Below, in pieces: positions 1 to 8,417 of a DNA stretch of 64,000 bases (positions are counted from its first letter, which is position 1; every line of letters starts with the position of its first letter). The stretch covers positions 4,770-68,769 of the forward strand of contig CAVAWW010000003.1 in assembly GCA_963592475.1 (NCBI GenBank). Direction: 5' to 3'. The stretch comes from a bacterium. Its GTDB lineage: Bacteria; Bacillota; Clostridia; Oscillospirales; Acutalibacteraceae. Under the pieces are notes generated by a model. That model was not told the origin of the DNA and did no database searches. It saw only the letters and a program-made list of their open reading frames with translations. The position numbers and the translations under genes are program-made.

Positions 1-707
1 TTAGTTTGCGCCTGAGTCGGACGCGAGTTTGAAAGCCCTGCCATCGCGGCAAACGATGCCCAGACGCGGTTGACCGAATTGAGCCTGCTTATCTGCTCGT
101 CTGCTTTTTCGATAGTATCTATTTCGCGCTCGCCCCAGTCTTTTCCAATAGAGGCTATATAATGAAAGCTTGATTTGCCGATCAAAACGGCGTATTCAAT
201 TATCATGAGTATGACTTCGACCGGTATTCCGTATGTATCGTGCATCATCAGAAGAGTACACTGGCCGTCATAGCCTATGGTTCTTCCGAGCTTGTTCTGC
301 GTTTCGAGAAGCAGGAATTTTATATCCGCCGATTCCTCTGCACGCTGAGCTATCTCGGCGGCGGTCGGTCTTGACGGGACGATATCCGGCAGCTCTTTTT
401 TGGGCGTCGCAGGCTCCTCTTTTTTCTCCGGTTTGGTGGGCGCAAAAGCAGATACCGCATTGGTATTTCCGTCCGATACAAGTATCCCGGTCTCGACCCA
501 ATATTGAAGATAATCCTGCGCATCGGGGACTGAAAAATTCAAGTCCCTGCACATTTTTTCCATATCAAAGCCCTCGCCCGCATGGCGGAGAGTCCAGAGC
601 AGAACCTTCAGCTGCTGACCGCCGGCAAGCTTGATATGCTGATCGACTATCTGCGACGGCACCATAAACACCGCCGAAAGAGAGTCCGGGTTTACCTTAT
701 AATTCAT
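1..707 (-). CDS. DnaD domain protein (3' end runs off the window)
   Basis: Not in ORF track. Hand translation from ATG 707 (RBS GGAG upstream) gives MNYKVNPDSLSAVFMVPSQIVDQHIKLAGGQQLKVLLW...EVILMIIEYAV...YIASIGKDWGEREIDTIEKA, typical of clostridial DnaD-domain proteins; open to position 1. Confidence 0.8.
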   Translation of the reverse strand, partial: MNYKVNPDSLSAVFMVPSQIVDQHIKLAGGQQLKVLLWTLRHAGEGFDMEKMCRDLNFSVPDAQDYLQYWVETGILVSDGNTNAVSAFAPTKPEKKEEPATPKKELPDIVPSRPTAAEIAQRAEESADIKFLLLETQNKLGRTIGYDGQCTLLMMHDTYGIPVEVILMIIEYAVLIGKSSFHYIASIGKDWGEREIDTIEKADEQISRLNSVNRVWASFAAMAGLSNSRPTQAQT

Positions 708-762
708 CAATATATCTCCGTTCCATCGAGAGCTTCACTCTTCACATAATAAATCAGCTTAT

Positions 763-772
763 ATTATACACA
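763..772 (-). promoter_or_regulatory. Extended -10 promoter (TGTGTATAAT) for the DnaD-domain gene
   Basis: Reverse complement reads TGTGTATAAT about 55 nt upstream of the start codon. Confidence 0.5.
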
Positions 773-883
773 CTTCCGGAGTAAAATGAAATATGTTATT
801 TCAAAATAAGTCATTTTTTTGCGCAATGCGTACTTTATGTCTCATTTATTTAATCGACACATATAATTTTTGGCTGAAAAATA

Positions 884-912
884 TTGATTTTCACTTATAA
901 AAAGTTTATAAT
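884..912 (+). promoter_or_regulatory. SigA-type promoter for the ceramidase-like pair
   Basis: TTGATT-N17-TATAAT. Confidence 0.65.
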
Positions 913-977
913 ATGTAAGATGATTTTGTACATATTGTGCAAAGTAAAACTTTTAGCTTTCTGAGAGGAGACAAAGC

Positions 978-2444
978 ATGAGTGCTTTAGGAACAGTCGG
1001 CAAAATGCTGCAAAATTCGCTGTCACGCGGCGGCGCAAAGAGGGCAAAGAAGAATCCCGCGCCCGAGCTTGAAAAAGGCACGTTTGATTATATCAGCGAG
1101 CCCAAGAGCGATTATTTCAGCGTAGGTTTTGCCAAGACGGATGTTATGCCCGACGATATGGACAAGACGACCTACTATGTCGCAGGCTATAAGATCAACA
1201 ACCCCGCAAAGGGCGCGCTCGATCCGATGACCGCGAGCGCCATATGGATAGACGACCAGTCCGGCAGAGGCGGCGTCGTTTTCGTGTCTATCGACGATAT
1301 CGGACTGACTAACTACGATGTCGGCATAATCAGAGATCTGCTTGCCGATTTCAAAAAGGAGACCGGCTGCCGCTCGATTAATATCATGAGCATACATAAC
1401 CACGCGAGCATCGACACTGTCGGCTTCTGGGGTCCCCTGCCGAGAAGCGGACGCAACAAGAAATATATGGAAATGCTCCGTCAGAAGGTCAAGCAGGTCG
1501 TTATCGACGCCTACAACGACCGCAGAGAGGGAGACCTCTATTACGGCAAGAAGGAGGCCGAAGAGATTCAGCGTGACTCCCGTCTGCCCGAGGTCTATTC
1601 AAAGGATGTAACAAGATTCCGCTTTGTTCCCAAGGACGGAAGCCGTGAAGTTTGGATGATAAACTTCGCTTCTCATACCGAGTCGCTTCTCGGCAAGAAC
1701 TCCTATGTCAGCGCAGACTTTGCGGGATATCTCAGAAACGAGATCCTTGAAAAGACCGGCGCAGAGACGATATATTTCGTCGGCGCTATCGGCGGACTCA
1801 TCAGACTCAAGGAGCTTGACGAGGACAATATTAAATCAACCATGATGGGCGGTCAGTCGATAGCACGCACAGCAATGGCTATTGAGGACGAGAGAAAGCT
1901 CCGTCCCATACTCAATTATATGCGCCAGGAATACTATGCGCAGTGCGATAACTATGTTCTCGCTCTCGTTCAGAGAGTCGGCATTCTCAAGTCCCACGCC
2001 GCATATACCGGCAAGGGTTCGCTCAACATGTCGATACACACCGAGATGAACTATTTCGAGCTTGACGGTCTCAAGCTTCTGTTCCTCCCCTGCGAGCTGT
2101 TCCCGGAGCTTGCTTACGGCGGATATCTTGACGCAGAGGGTTCAGCTGAGGGCAAATCGCCCGACATCAACCCGACTCCCCTGCTGCAGATCGCAAACGA
2201 TGACAATATGCTTATCTTCTGCCTCTCCAACGACTTCACAGGTTATGTCGTCCCGCCGAACGATTTCTATCTCAATCCCAACGAGCCCTATATCAACGGC
2301 GCACGCGACAGACTCGACAGAAGACATTATGAAGAGACAAACTCCCTCGGTCCCGAGACTGCACCTATAGTTGCAAGCGTATTCACCGGCATAATGGACA
2401 CTGTCAACAAAACGAAAGCAGAAGCCGAAAAGGCTGTAAAATAA
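978..2444 (+). CDS. Neutral/alkaline ceramidase-fold putative Zn amidohydrolase, no evident signal peptide
   Basis: HNHASID (HxH) motif, NFASH, CELFPE, NDFTGY and YEET motifs in the order seen in the neutral ceramidase N-terminal domain family; RBS GAGGAG. Confidence 0.6.
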   Translation: MSALGTVGKMLQNSLSRGGAKRAKKNPAPELEKGTFDYISEPKSDYFSVGFAKTDVMPDDMDKTTYYVAGYKINNPAKGALDPMTASAIWIDDQSGRGGVVFVSIDDIGLTNYDVGIIRDLLADFKKETGCRSINIMSIHNHASIDTVGFWGPLPRSGRNKKYMEMLRQKVKQVVIDAYNDRREGDLYYGKKEAEEIQRDSRLPEVYSKDVTRFRFVPKDGSREVWMINFASHTESLLGKNSYVSADFAGYLRNEILEKTGAETIYFVGAIGGLIRLKELDEDNIKSTMMGGQSIARTAMAIEDERKLRPILNYMRQEYYAQCDNYVLALVQRVGILKSHAAYTGKGSLNMSIHTEMNYFELDGLKLLFLPCELFPELAYGGYLDAEGSAEGKSPDINPTPLLQIANDDNMLIFCLSNDFTGYVVPPNDFYLNPNEPYINGARDRLDRRHYEETNSLGPETAPIVASVFTGIMDTVNKTKAEAEKAVK

Positions 2445-2462
2445 ACTAAGGAGTGTTAAACG

Positions 2463-4235
2463 ATGAAATGTAAAAAGCTGATCAGCGGCATCGTGGCAAT
2501 CATGCTCGTCGCCGTACTCGCTTTCGGTTCCACCGCTGCCGCAATCGGCGCACAGGCCGACAACGGCGCAGACCTCGCGCTAGCTTCGCAGAATGTTTCC
2601 GAGCTGACGGCAACAACGGACAGCTCCGCATCGTCCCGCGCAGACTCGCTTGATGACATCAACGAAGCTATCAGTGTTATCAAAGTTATCCTCGGCGCGT
2701 TCTCGTCTTCGGATAAGCTCACCTGGGACAGCTTCAAGACAGGCGTCAGCAGACTTTTCTATATGTCCGTTGACAAACTTATCGACAGTCTTGTGGTCGG
2801 TCTGAGCAAAGTTTTCCCGCTGATGAGCAGACCCGACGAAGCGGACTACAAGTTCACAAACTCAAATGTCGGTAGCAAGTCTTTCAACGACAAAGCAGCT
2901 GACGGAGCCCGCTGGAATGTCGGTTATTCAAGCGCAACGCTTCTCACCGGCAACGAGCTTGACGGCAATCACTATGTCGGCGGAAGCCTCTCCTATCCCA
3001 ACCCCAAGCATCCCACCGAAATACTCGACGACCTCAGAGTCAGAGTATTTGCAATGAGCGACGGCACGGATAACGGAATCGTTGTTTATGCGGTTCTCGA
3101 CGCATACGGACTTGCGGCAAAAGATGTACGCGAGATCAGAAGCAGAATCGCAGGATTCATAAAGAACAAGAATATCGTCAGCGTAAACATCTCCACTCTT
3201 CATCAGCACAGCGCCATCGATACTCTCGGACTAAACGGCGATCTCAACAAGGTTCTCTTCGGAAACACCTTCAAGAACGCCATCGGTATGGATCCGAGCA
3301 CCCTGCACAACGGTCAGAACAAGGAATATATGGAGCATCTCTATAAGACCACCGCAGACACCATTGTTGCGGCAGTCAACAACATGGAGCCCGGCGAAAT
3401 GTATTTCTCTCAGACCGATGTTCATGAGTATATCCGCGACAAGCGCGATCCTCAGACCTTTGACCCCAATCTCAACCGCCTCTGCTTTGTTCCCGACAAC
3501 AGAGAGTCAAAGCCCACATGGATAGTCAATGCCGCTATCCACTGCGTCGGACTCGGTGCAAGCACAACCAACATCTCCGGCGACTATCCCTATTTTATAG
3601 AGAAGCAGGTCAATGCGGCGGGCGCCAACTATGTTCAGATTCAGGGTGCAGAGCTTGCCATAACCTCGCAGACCGCCCCCGTGGCAGTTGAGGGCAATAC
3701 AAGATATCAGAACGTCGAAGCATACGGCAACAAGCTCGGCGAGATACTCGTTGCGGCCGATAAGGGCTCAAGAGTCGAGCCTATACTCAACATCGCCCAC
3801 AGAGATGTCTTTGTCACCGTTGATAACCACGCGCTCGAGTTCATCGCCTCCACCGGACTTCTCGCTAACGAAGCGGTCAAAGCTAAGGACGGTTCGATGA
3901 GAATCCCGACCGAAATCGGCTATATGGAGATCGGAACGAACCTTGCGTTCGCACTCATCCCCGGCGAGCTTGCTCCCGAAATCGCATTCGGCGGCGGCAC
4001 CGAGGCAAAGGACTCCTGGACCGGCGAGGATTGGGAGTATCCCTCGATGCAGGATATCGTAGGCAGCAGAAAGCTTATGGTACTCGGCCTTACGAACGAT
4101 CAGATCGGCTATATCATAGCCGACAACAACTATCACTCGATACTCACTGAGAACGAAGAGCTTCTCACCGTATCGAAGCACGAGGGTTCGAGAATACTTC
4201 TCGAGTTCAAGAGCCTCTATGAGAGCATCAGATAA
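2463..4235 (+). CDS. Secreted neutral/alkaline ceramidase-fold putative Zn amidohydrolase (paralog of 978..2444)
   Basis: N-terminal Sec-type signal peptide; HQHSAID, SGDYP, GELAPE and NDQIGY motifs matching the upstream paralog. Confidence 0.6.
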   Translation: MKCKKLISGIVAIMLVAVLAFGSTAAAIGAQADNGADLALASQNVSELTATTDSSASSRADSLDDINEAISVIKVILGAFSSSDKLTWDSFKTGVSRLFYMSVDKLIDSLVVGLSKVFPLMSRPDEADYKFTNSNVGSKSFNDKAADGARWNVGYSSATLLTGNELDGNHYVGGSLSYPNPKHPTEILDDLRVRVFAMSDGTDNGIVVYAVLDAYGLAAKDVREIRSRIAGFIKNKNIVSVNISTLHQHSAIDTLGLNGDLNKVLFGNTFKNAIGMDPSTLHNGQNKEYMEHLYKTTADTIVAAVNNMEPGEMYFSQTDVHEYIRDKRDPQTFDPNLNRLCFVPDNRESKPTWIVNAAIHCVGLGASTTNISGDYPYFIEKQVNAAGANYVQIQGAELAITSQTAPVAVEGNTRYQNVEAYGNKLGEILVAADKGSRVEPILNIAHRDVFVTVDNHALEFIASTGLLANEAVKAKDGSMRIPTEIGYMEIGTNLAFALIPGELAPEIAFGGGTEAKDSWTGEDWEYPSMQDIVGSRKLMVLGLTNDQIGYIIADNNYHSILTENEELLTVSKHEGSRILLEFKSLYESIR

Positions 4236-4244
4236 ATAAAAAGC

Positions 4245-4279
4245 AGCAGAGCAGGTCTTGATGATCTGCTCTGTTTTTC
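4245..4279 (+). terminator. Rho-independent terminator after the ceramidase-like operon
   Basis: AGCAGAGCAGGTC / GATCTGCTCTGTT hairpin followed by a T-tract. Confidence 0.75.
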
Positions 4280-4286
4280 TGCTAAG

Positions 4287-4325
4287 AAACGGGCGTCATG
4301 CTTAAATTGCATAACGCCCGTTTTG
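4287..4325. terminator. Second hairpin, probable terminator for the convergent GNAT gene
   Basis: AAACGGGCGTCATGC / GCATAACGCCCGTTT inverted repeat flanked by A/T tracts. Confidence 0.65.
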
Positions 4326-4339
4326 CTGTATCTGTAGTT

Positions 4340-4885
4340 TTACAGGTCGAGCTTCATGTAGACGAGCTCCTGATATCCGCTTATACGCGAATTGAAGCCT
4401 TTCGGGTTTCTCCCGTATTCAACGAAGCCCACTTTTTTATAAAGCGAAATCGCGCTTGCGTTATCAGAGACAACGTCGAGCTCCAGCTGAGTATATCCGG
4501 CTTCTTTGGCACATTCTATGCATGCCTCGGTCAGCGCACGCCCTAAGCCGAGCCCCCAGAATTCCTTGGCGATGCCTATTCCAAATTCCGCTCTGTGTTT
4601 TGTTTTGTATTTGTTTCCGACAGCGTCGATTCCGGCGGTTCCGGCAATTTTACCGTCAACGACCGCAATGATTTCTATCTCGTTGCTGCTCTCGGTTTTT
4701 GCCTTGAGGAACGCGCCCTCCTGTTCAACGGTAAAACTGTTTTCATCGGGATAAGAGAGAAGATAATCCGTCTCGGCATGTGTCAGATTAAAGACATCGT
4801 GCACTTCCTGTGCGTCGTTTTCCGTTCCGTTTCTCAGGCAGCATTCCCTGCCGTCCTTGAGCGATATTATTTTATTATACTTCAA
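4340..4885 (-). CDS. GNAT family N-acetyltransferase
   Basis: EFGIGIAKEFWGLGLGRAL acetyl-CoA motif and NASAISLYKKVGF; likely TTG start at 4885 after GGAG. Confidence 0.9.
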   Translation of the reverse strand: MKYNKIISLKDGRECCLRNGTENDAQEVHDVFNLTHAETDYLLSYPDENSFTVEQEGAFLKAKTESSNEIEIIAVVDGKIAGTAGIDAVGNKYKTKHRAEFGIGIAKEFWGLGLGRALTEACIECAKEAGYTQLELDVVSDNASAISLYKKVGFVEYGRNPKGFNSRISGYQELVYMKLDL

Positions 4886-4901
4886 ACTATCTACTCCGTT
4901 T

Positions 4902-6122
4902 TCAGGTGGTTTCTTCATCCTCAACCGGGTCTACCGAATAAAGATACGACTTGAGGAACTGTATATTTGCATCAAAATCGGTGACTATAACCGACTGTCC
5001 CCTCTTTGTCTGCGATTTCCAAGTATTTTCGTGCGGCACACGCTCGGATTTCACATCATAGCCGATATACTTGGGCGCGCCGAAGACAAGCTTCGTGAGC
5101 TCCATGGGCGACATATCGGTCTGAACCATCGGCAGCACTGTATCCGCAAGCTTCTTGAGCGTCAGCGGATTTGAAGTTTTTGCCTTCTTGATAAGAGCCG
5201 TTATAACTTTTCTCTGGCGATAAGTGCGCATGAAGTCGGAATCAAGCTTTCTTATGCGGCAATAGACAAGTGCCTGCGCGCCGTTCATGTGGACGCTCTC
5301 GCCGGACTGTATTTCTCTCGTCGCTCTCGCTGTGGCGCGCATGAACTGCGCCTCTTTTTCAGTCACTTCAACATCAATGCCGCCGACCGAGTCTATTATA
5401 GTCTCGAACATATCGAATCCGACGAGCATATAGTGGTCTATCTTGACATTGTAGTTATATTCGATAGTATCCATAACAAGCTGCGCTCCGCCATAAGAGC
5501 AGGCGGCGTTGAGCTTGTTATAAGACTTTGTTGACGGAATAACAGCCCATGTGTCGCGCAGGAAAGAAGTCAGCTTTATCTTCTTGTTGTTGCGGTCAAT
5601 TGATACCATGAGCATTGTATCCGAACGCAGCGAAGTATCGGAGCTTGAACCGTCAACACCGATGAGCAGAATATTTGTCACCTTGCTGTCGTGCATCAGA
5701 GTTGACGAATCGACGTAGACATTGTCCTGATGTGTCTCGGGCTTATAGTCAATCTTGCTTGCCGTTGAATACACAACGCCAAATACGCACGAGCCGATAA
5801 GCACAAGTACGAGAAGAACTATAAATATATTTCTCGCGGCGCGGCTTTTCTTCTTCGGCTTTTTGGGCGAAGGAGTGCTATTCTGCTGCCCGCCGTTAGG
5901 ATTCTGCCGGGGCTGATTATTGGGATTCGGTCTGCGCTGTTCGCGGTGCGGATCATGTTGCTGTCCCTGCTGCGGATGGCGTCTCTGCCCCTGCGGCGGC
6001 ACCTGCTGAGTGTTTCTGTTCTGTGCGCCGAGGTCGTTTACGTTGACTCTGCGCGGCGTTATCGGGATATCCTGAGTATCCTGATTTCTTCTTCCGTTTC
6101 CGGATATGTAAATATCTCCCAT
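4902..6122 (-). CDS. LCP (LytR-CpsA-Psr) family cell-wall polymer ligase
   Basis: Low-complexity cytoplasmic N-terminus, one TM helix, NILLIGVD, RSDT, SFLRD, KLNAA and DFMRTYRQR motifs. Confidence 0.92.
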   Translation of the reverse strand: MGDIYISGNGRRNQDTQDIPITPRRVNVNDLGAQNRNTQQVPPQGQRRHPQQGQQHDPHREQRRPNPNNQPRQNPNGGQQNSTPSPKKPKKKSRAARNIFIVLLVLVLIGSCVFGVVYSTASKIDYKPETHQDNVYVDSSTLMHDSKVTNILLIGVDGSSSDTSLRSDTMLMVSIDRNNKKIKLTSFLRDTWAVIPSTKSYNKLNAACSYGGAQLVMDTIEYNYNVKIDHYMLVGFDMFETIIDSVGGIDVEVTEKEAQFMRATARATREIQSGESVHMNGAQALVYCRIRKLDSDFMRTYRQRKVITALIKKAKTSNPLTLKKLADTVLPMVQTDMSPMELTKLVFGAPKYIGYDVKSERVPHENTWKSQTKRGQSVIVTDFDANIQFLKSYLYSVDPVEDEETT

Positions 6123-6138
6123 TTTCCTTACCTTCCTG

Positions 6139-7053
6139 TCAAAGCGTGCTCAAGTCATAAGGTGTACGCTGATACACGAAATAATTGAGCCAGTTTGAAA
6201 AAATTATATTGGCGGCACTGCGCCATTTGACTTCCGGAGTCTTCGAAGGGTCGTTGTCCGGAAAGTAGTTTTCCGGAAGATCAATATCCAAGCCCTTTTC
6301 AACATCGCGGAAATATTCTTTTGCGAGCGTATCGCGGTCATATTCGGAGTGACCTGTCGAGAAGAAATTGCGGCATTCCATATCTGATATCAGATGCACA
6401 CCCGATTTCTCGGAATAAGAAAGTATCTGAAGATCCTTTATCAGTGCGATGTCGCCGCGCCTGACTTCCGTATGCCTTGAATGAGGCACCCAGAATTTGT
6501 CGTCGAGTCCGCGCATGAGCGGATGAAAAGTGTCGAGCGAAACATGCTCAAAAACACCGAACATCTTTTTATCGAGCTGATACTTTTTCAGACCGTATTT
6601 ATAATAGAGCGCCGCCTGAGCGCCCCAGCATATGAAGAACGAGGAATAGACATTAGTCTCGCTCCACTCAAATATGCGGCAGAGCTCGTCCCAGTAGTCG
6701 ACCTGCTCAAACTCCATGTTTTCAACGGGAGCGCCGGTAACTACCATGCCATCAAAGCGTTCGTTCTTTATATCATCAAAAGTTTTGTAGAACTTGAGCA
6801 TATGCTCTTTGGAAACGTTCTTTACTTCATGCGTGGCGGTCTGAAGCAGCTCTACCTCGACCTGAATCGGCGAGTTGCTCAGCAGACGCAATATTTGCGT
6901 CTCCGTCTCGATCTTTGTCGGCATAAGATTGAGAATAAGTATTTTCAGCGGGCGTATATCCTGCGATACAGCCCGTTCCTCGGTCATAACGAAAATATTT
7001 TCATTCTCCAGCAGCTTATGTGCCGGCAAATTGCTGTCTATTTTTATAGGCAT
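6139..7053 (-). CDS. metA: Homoserine O-acyltransferase (probably acetyltransferase)
   Basis: [25 protein letters not shown] and GHSEYD motifs. Confidence 0.95.
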   Translation of the reverse strand: MPIKIDSNLPAHKLLENENIFVMTEERAVSQDIRPLKILILNLMPTKIETETQILRLLSNSPIQVEVELLQTATHEVKNVSKEHMLKFYKTFDDIKNERFDGMVVTGAPVENMEFEQVDYWDELCRIFEWSETNVYSSFFICWGAQAALYYKYGLKKYQLDKKMFGVFEHVSLDTFHPLMRGLDDKFWVPHSRHTEVRRGDIALIKDLQILSYSEKSGVHLISDMECRNFFSTGHSEYDRDTLAKEYFRDVEKGLDIDLPENYFPDNDPSKTPEVKWRSAANIIFSNWLNYFVYQRTPYDLSTL

Positions 7054-7177
7054 GATTTTCTTCCCTTTACCTTACATATGTGTAATAAAACGCTTGTCTT
7101 ATATAATACCCCATTTGAAAAAGAAAATCAATCTAAAGGGCATAAAAAGCGGATAGGCGACACAGGTTTATTTTGTC

Positions 7178-7206
7178 TTGCAATACATCCGGTTTTAATA
7201 TATAAT
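7178..7206 (+). promoter_or_regulatory. SigA-type promoter for the exonuclease gene
   Basis: TTGCAA-N17-TATAAT. Confidence 0.65.
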
Positions 7207-7266
7207 ACTTTATGGTTTTAAATAAAAATTTCAGATTGTGAAATATAGATTTCAAAGGATGTTTCG

Positions 7267-8148
7267 ATGGATTTTATAATAATGGATCTCGAATGGAACA
7301 ATACATATGCCCGCAAAACCAAAGGTTTCATAAACGAGATAATAGAAATAGGCGCCGTAAAGCTCGACGAAAATCTCAATTTCAAAGACAAATTCTCCTG
7401 TCTCGTCAGACCGCAGATAGGCAAAAAGCTGCGCGGCAGCGTCAAAGAATTGACAAACATAACAAACGAAGAGGTCAGAAGCGGCGAGCCGTTCACCAAG
7501 GTTTTTTCAAGCTTTCGCCGTTGGATAGGCTCGGAGTGCGTGCTGCTCACATGGGGCGACGGAGATATCCGCGTGCTCATCGACAATTATAAATATCTGA
7601 ACGGAATTGATACTATTCCGTTTCTGAGCTATTATGCCGATATGCAGGCGTATATTCAGTCTGTACTCGGAACGCCGAAATCACGTCAGATAGGTCTCTC
7701 GACCGCGGCGCAGGAGCTCGGAATCGACGAGAGCAGCTTCTCGCATCACAGAGCCTATGATGACAGCCTTCTCAGCGCGGAATGCCTGAAGAAAGTTTAT
7801 TCAAAAGACGCATTTAAGCCGTATATCAGAGAATGCAACGACGAGTTCTATGCACGGCTTACATTCAAGGCGCACCCGATAAGCAATATTCACAGCCCGC
7901 TTATCGACAAAAGCGTTCTCGATTATAAATGCGAGATATGCTCCGGCAAATGCGAGCAGACAAAGCAGTGGTCATATTCAAACCAGTATTTCCGCAGCAA
8001 ATATTACTGCCCGCACTGCGACAGAACGGTCAGAGTGGCGGTCAGATTCAAGCAGTACTATGACCGGATTGACATCAGAAAAACAGTTTCGCTTGTCGTG
8101 CCCGAGCCTGTTGACGCAGAAGGAACGGCTCAGGATAGCGAAAAATAA
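7267..8148 (+). CDS. DEDDh 3'-5' exonuclease with C-terminal zinc ribbon
   Basis: DLEWN, EIIEIGAV, WGDGD and HHRAYDDS motifs; CEIC...CPHC near the C-terminus. Confidence 0.85.
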   Translation: MDFIIMDLEWNNTYARKTKGFINEIIEIGAVKLDENLNFKDKFSCLVRPQIGKKLRGSVKELTNITNEEVRSGEPFTKVFSSFRRWIGSECVLLTWGDGDIRVLIDNYKYLNGIDTIPFLSYYADMQAYIQSVLGTPKSRQIGLSTAAQELGIDESSFSHHRAYDDSLLSAECLKKVYSKDAFKPYIRECNDEFYARLTFKAHPISNIHSPLIDKSVLDYKCEICSGKCEQTKQWSYSNQYFRSKYYCPHCDRTVRVAVRFKQYYDRIDIRKTVSLVVPEPVDAEGTAQDSEK

Positions 8149-8417
8149 ACTGCCGCGGCAATAATCAGAATATGCAGAATAACTTCCGCCGGAAGTCCGA
8201 GCATGAATTTTTTATGCTTGGTCTTGTGGCGGATTTTTTTCATTGTCAGATACATCGGTCCCGCCGCGCCGAGCAGACCGACGGTTATGAGTGTCGCCTC
8301 CGGGATACGGCGCTTCCCGCTTCCGGCAATGCGCTTGTCATAGACGGTCAGAATTATACCAACCAAAGATATGACTGCGAACCAGCACACAGCCGCCAGA
8401 ATAACATACTTTTTCAT
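8130..8417 (-). CDS. DUF1294 family small membrane protein
   Basis: YDKRIA...RRIPEATL...RHKTKHKKF signature; TAATG overlap with the upstream gene. Confidence 0.9.
   Translation of the reverse strand: MKKYVILAAVCWFAVISLVGIILTVYDKRIAGSGKRRIPEATLITVGLLGAAGPMYLTMKKIRHKTKHKKFMLGLPAEVILHILIIAAAVYFSLS

Noticed and set aside
233..634. ORF-track calls 233..634 (+) and 268..552 (-)
   Set aside because: Both overlap the real DnaD-domain frame, which the track missed because it runs off the window edge.
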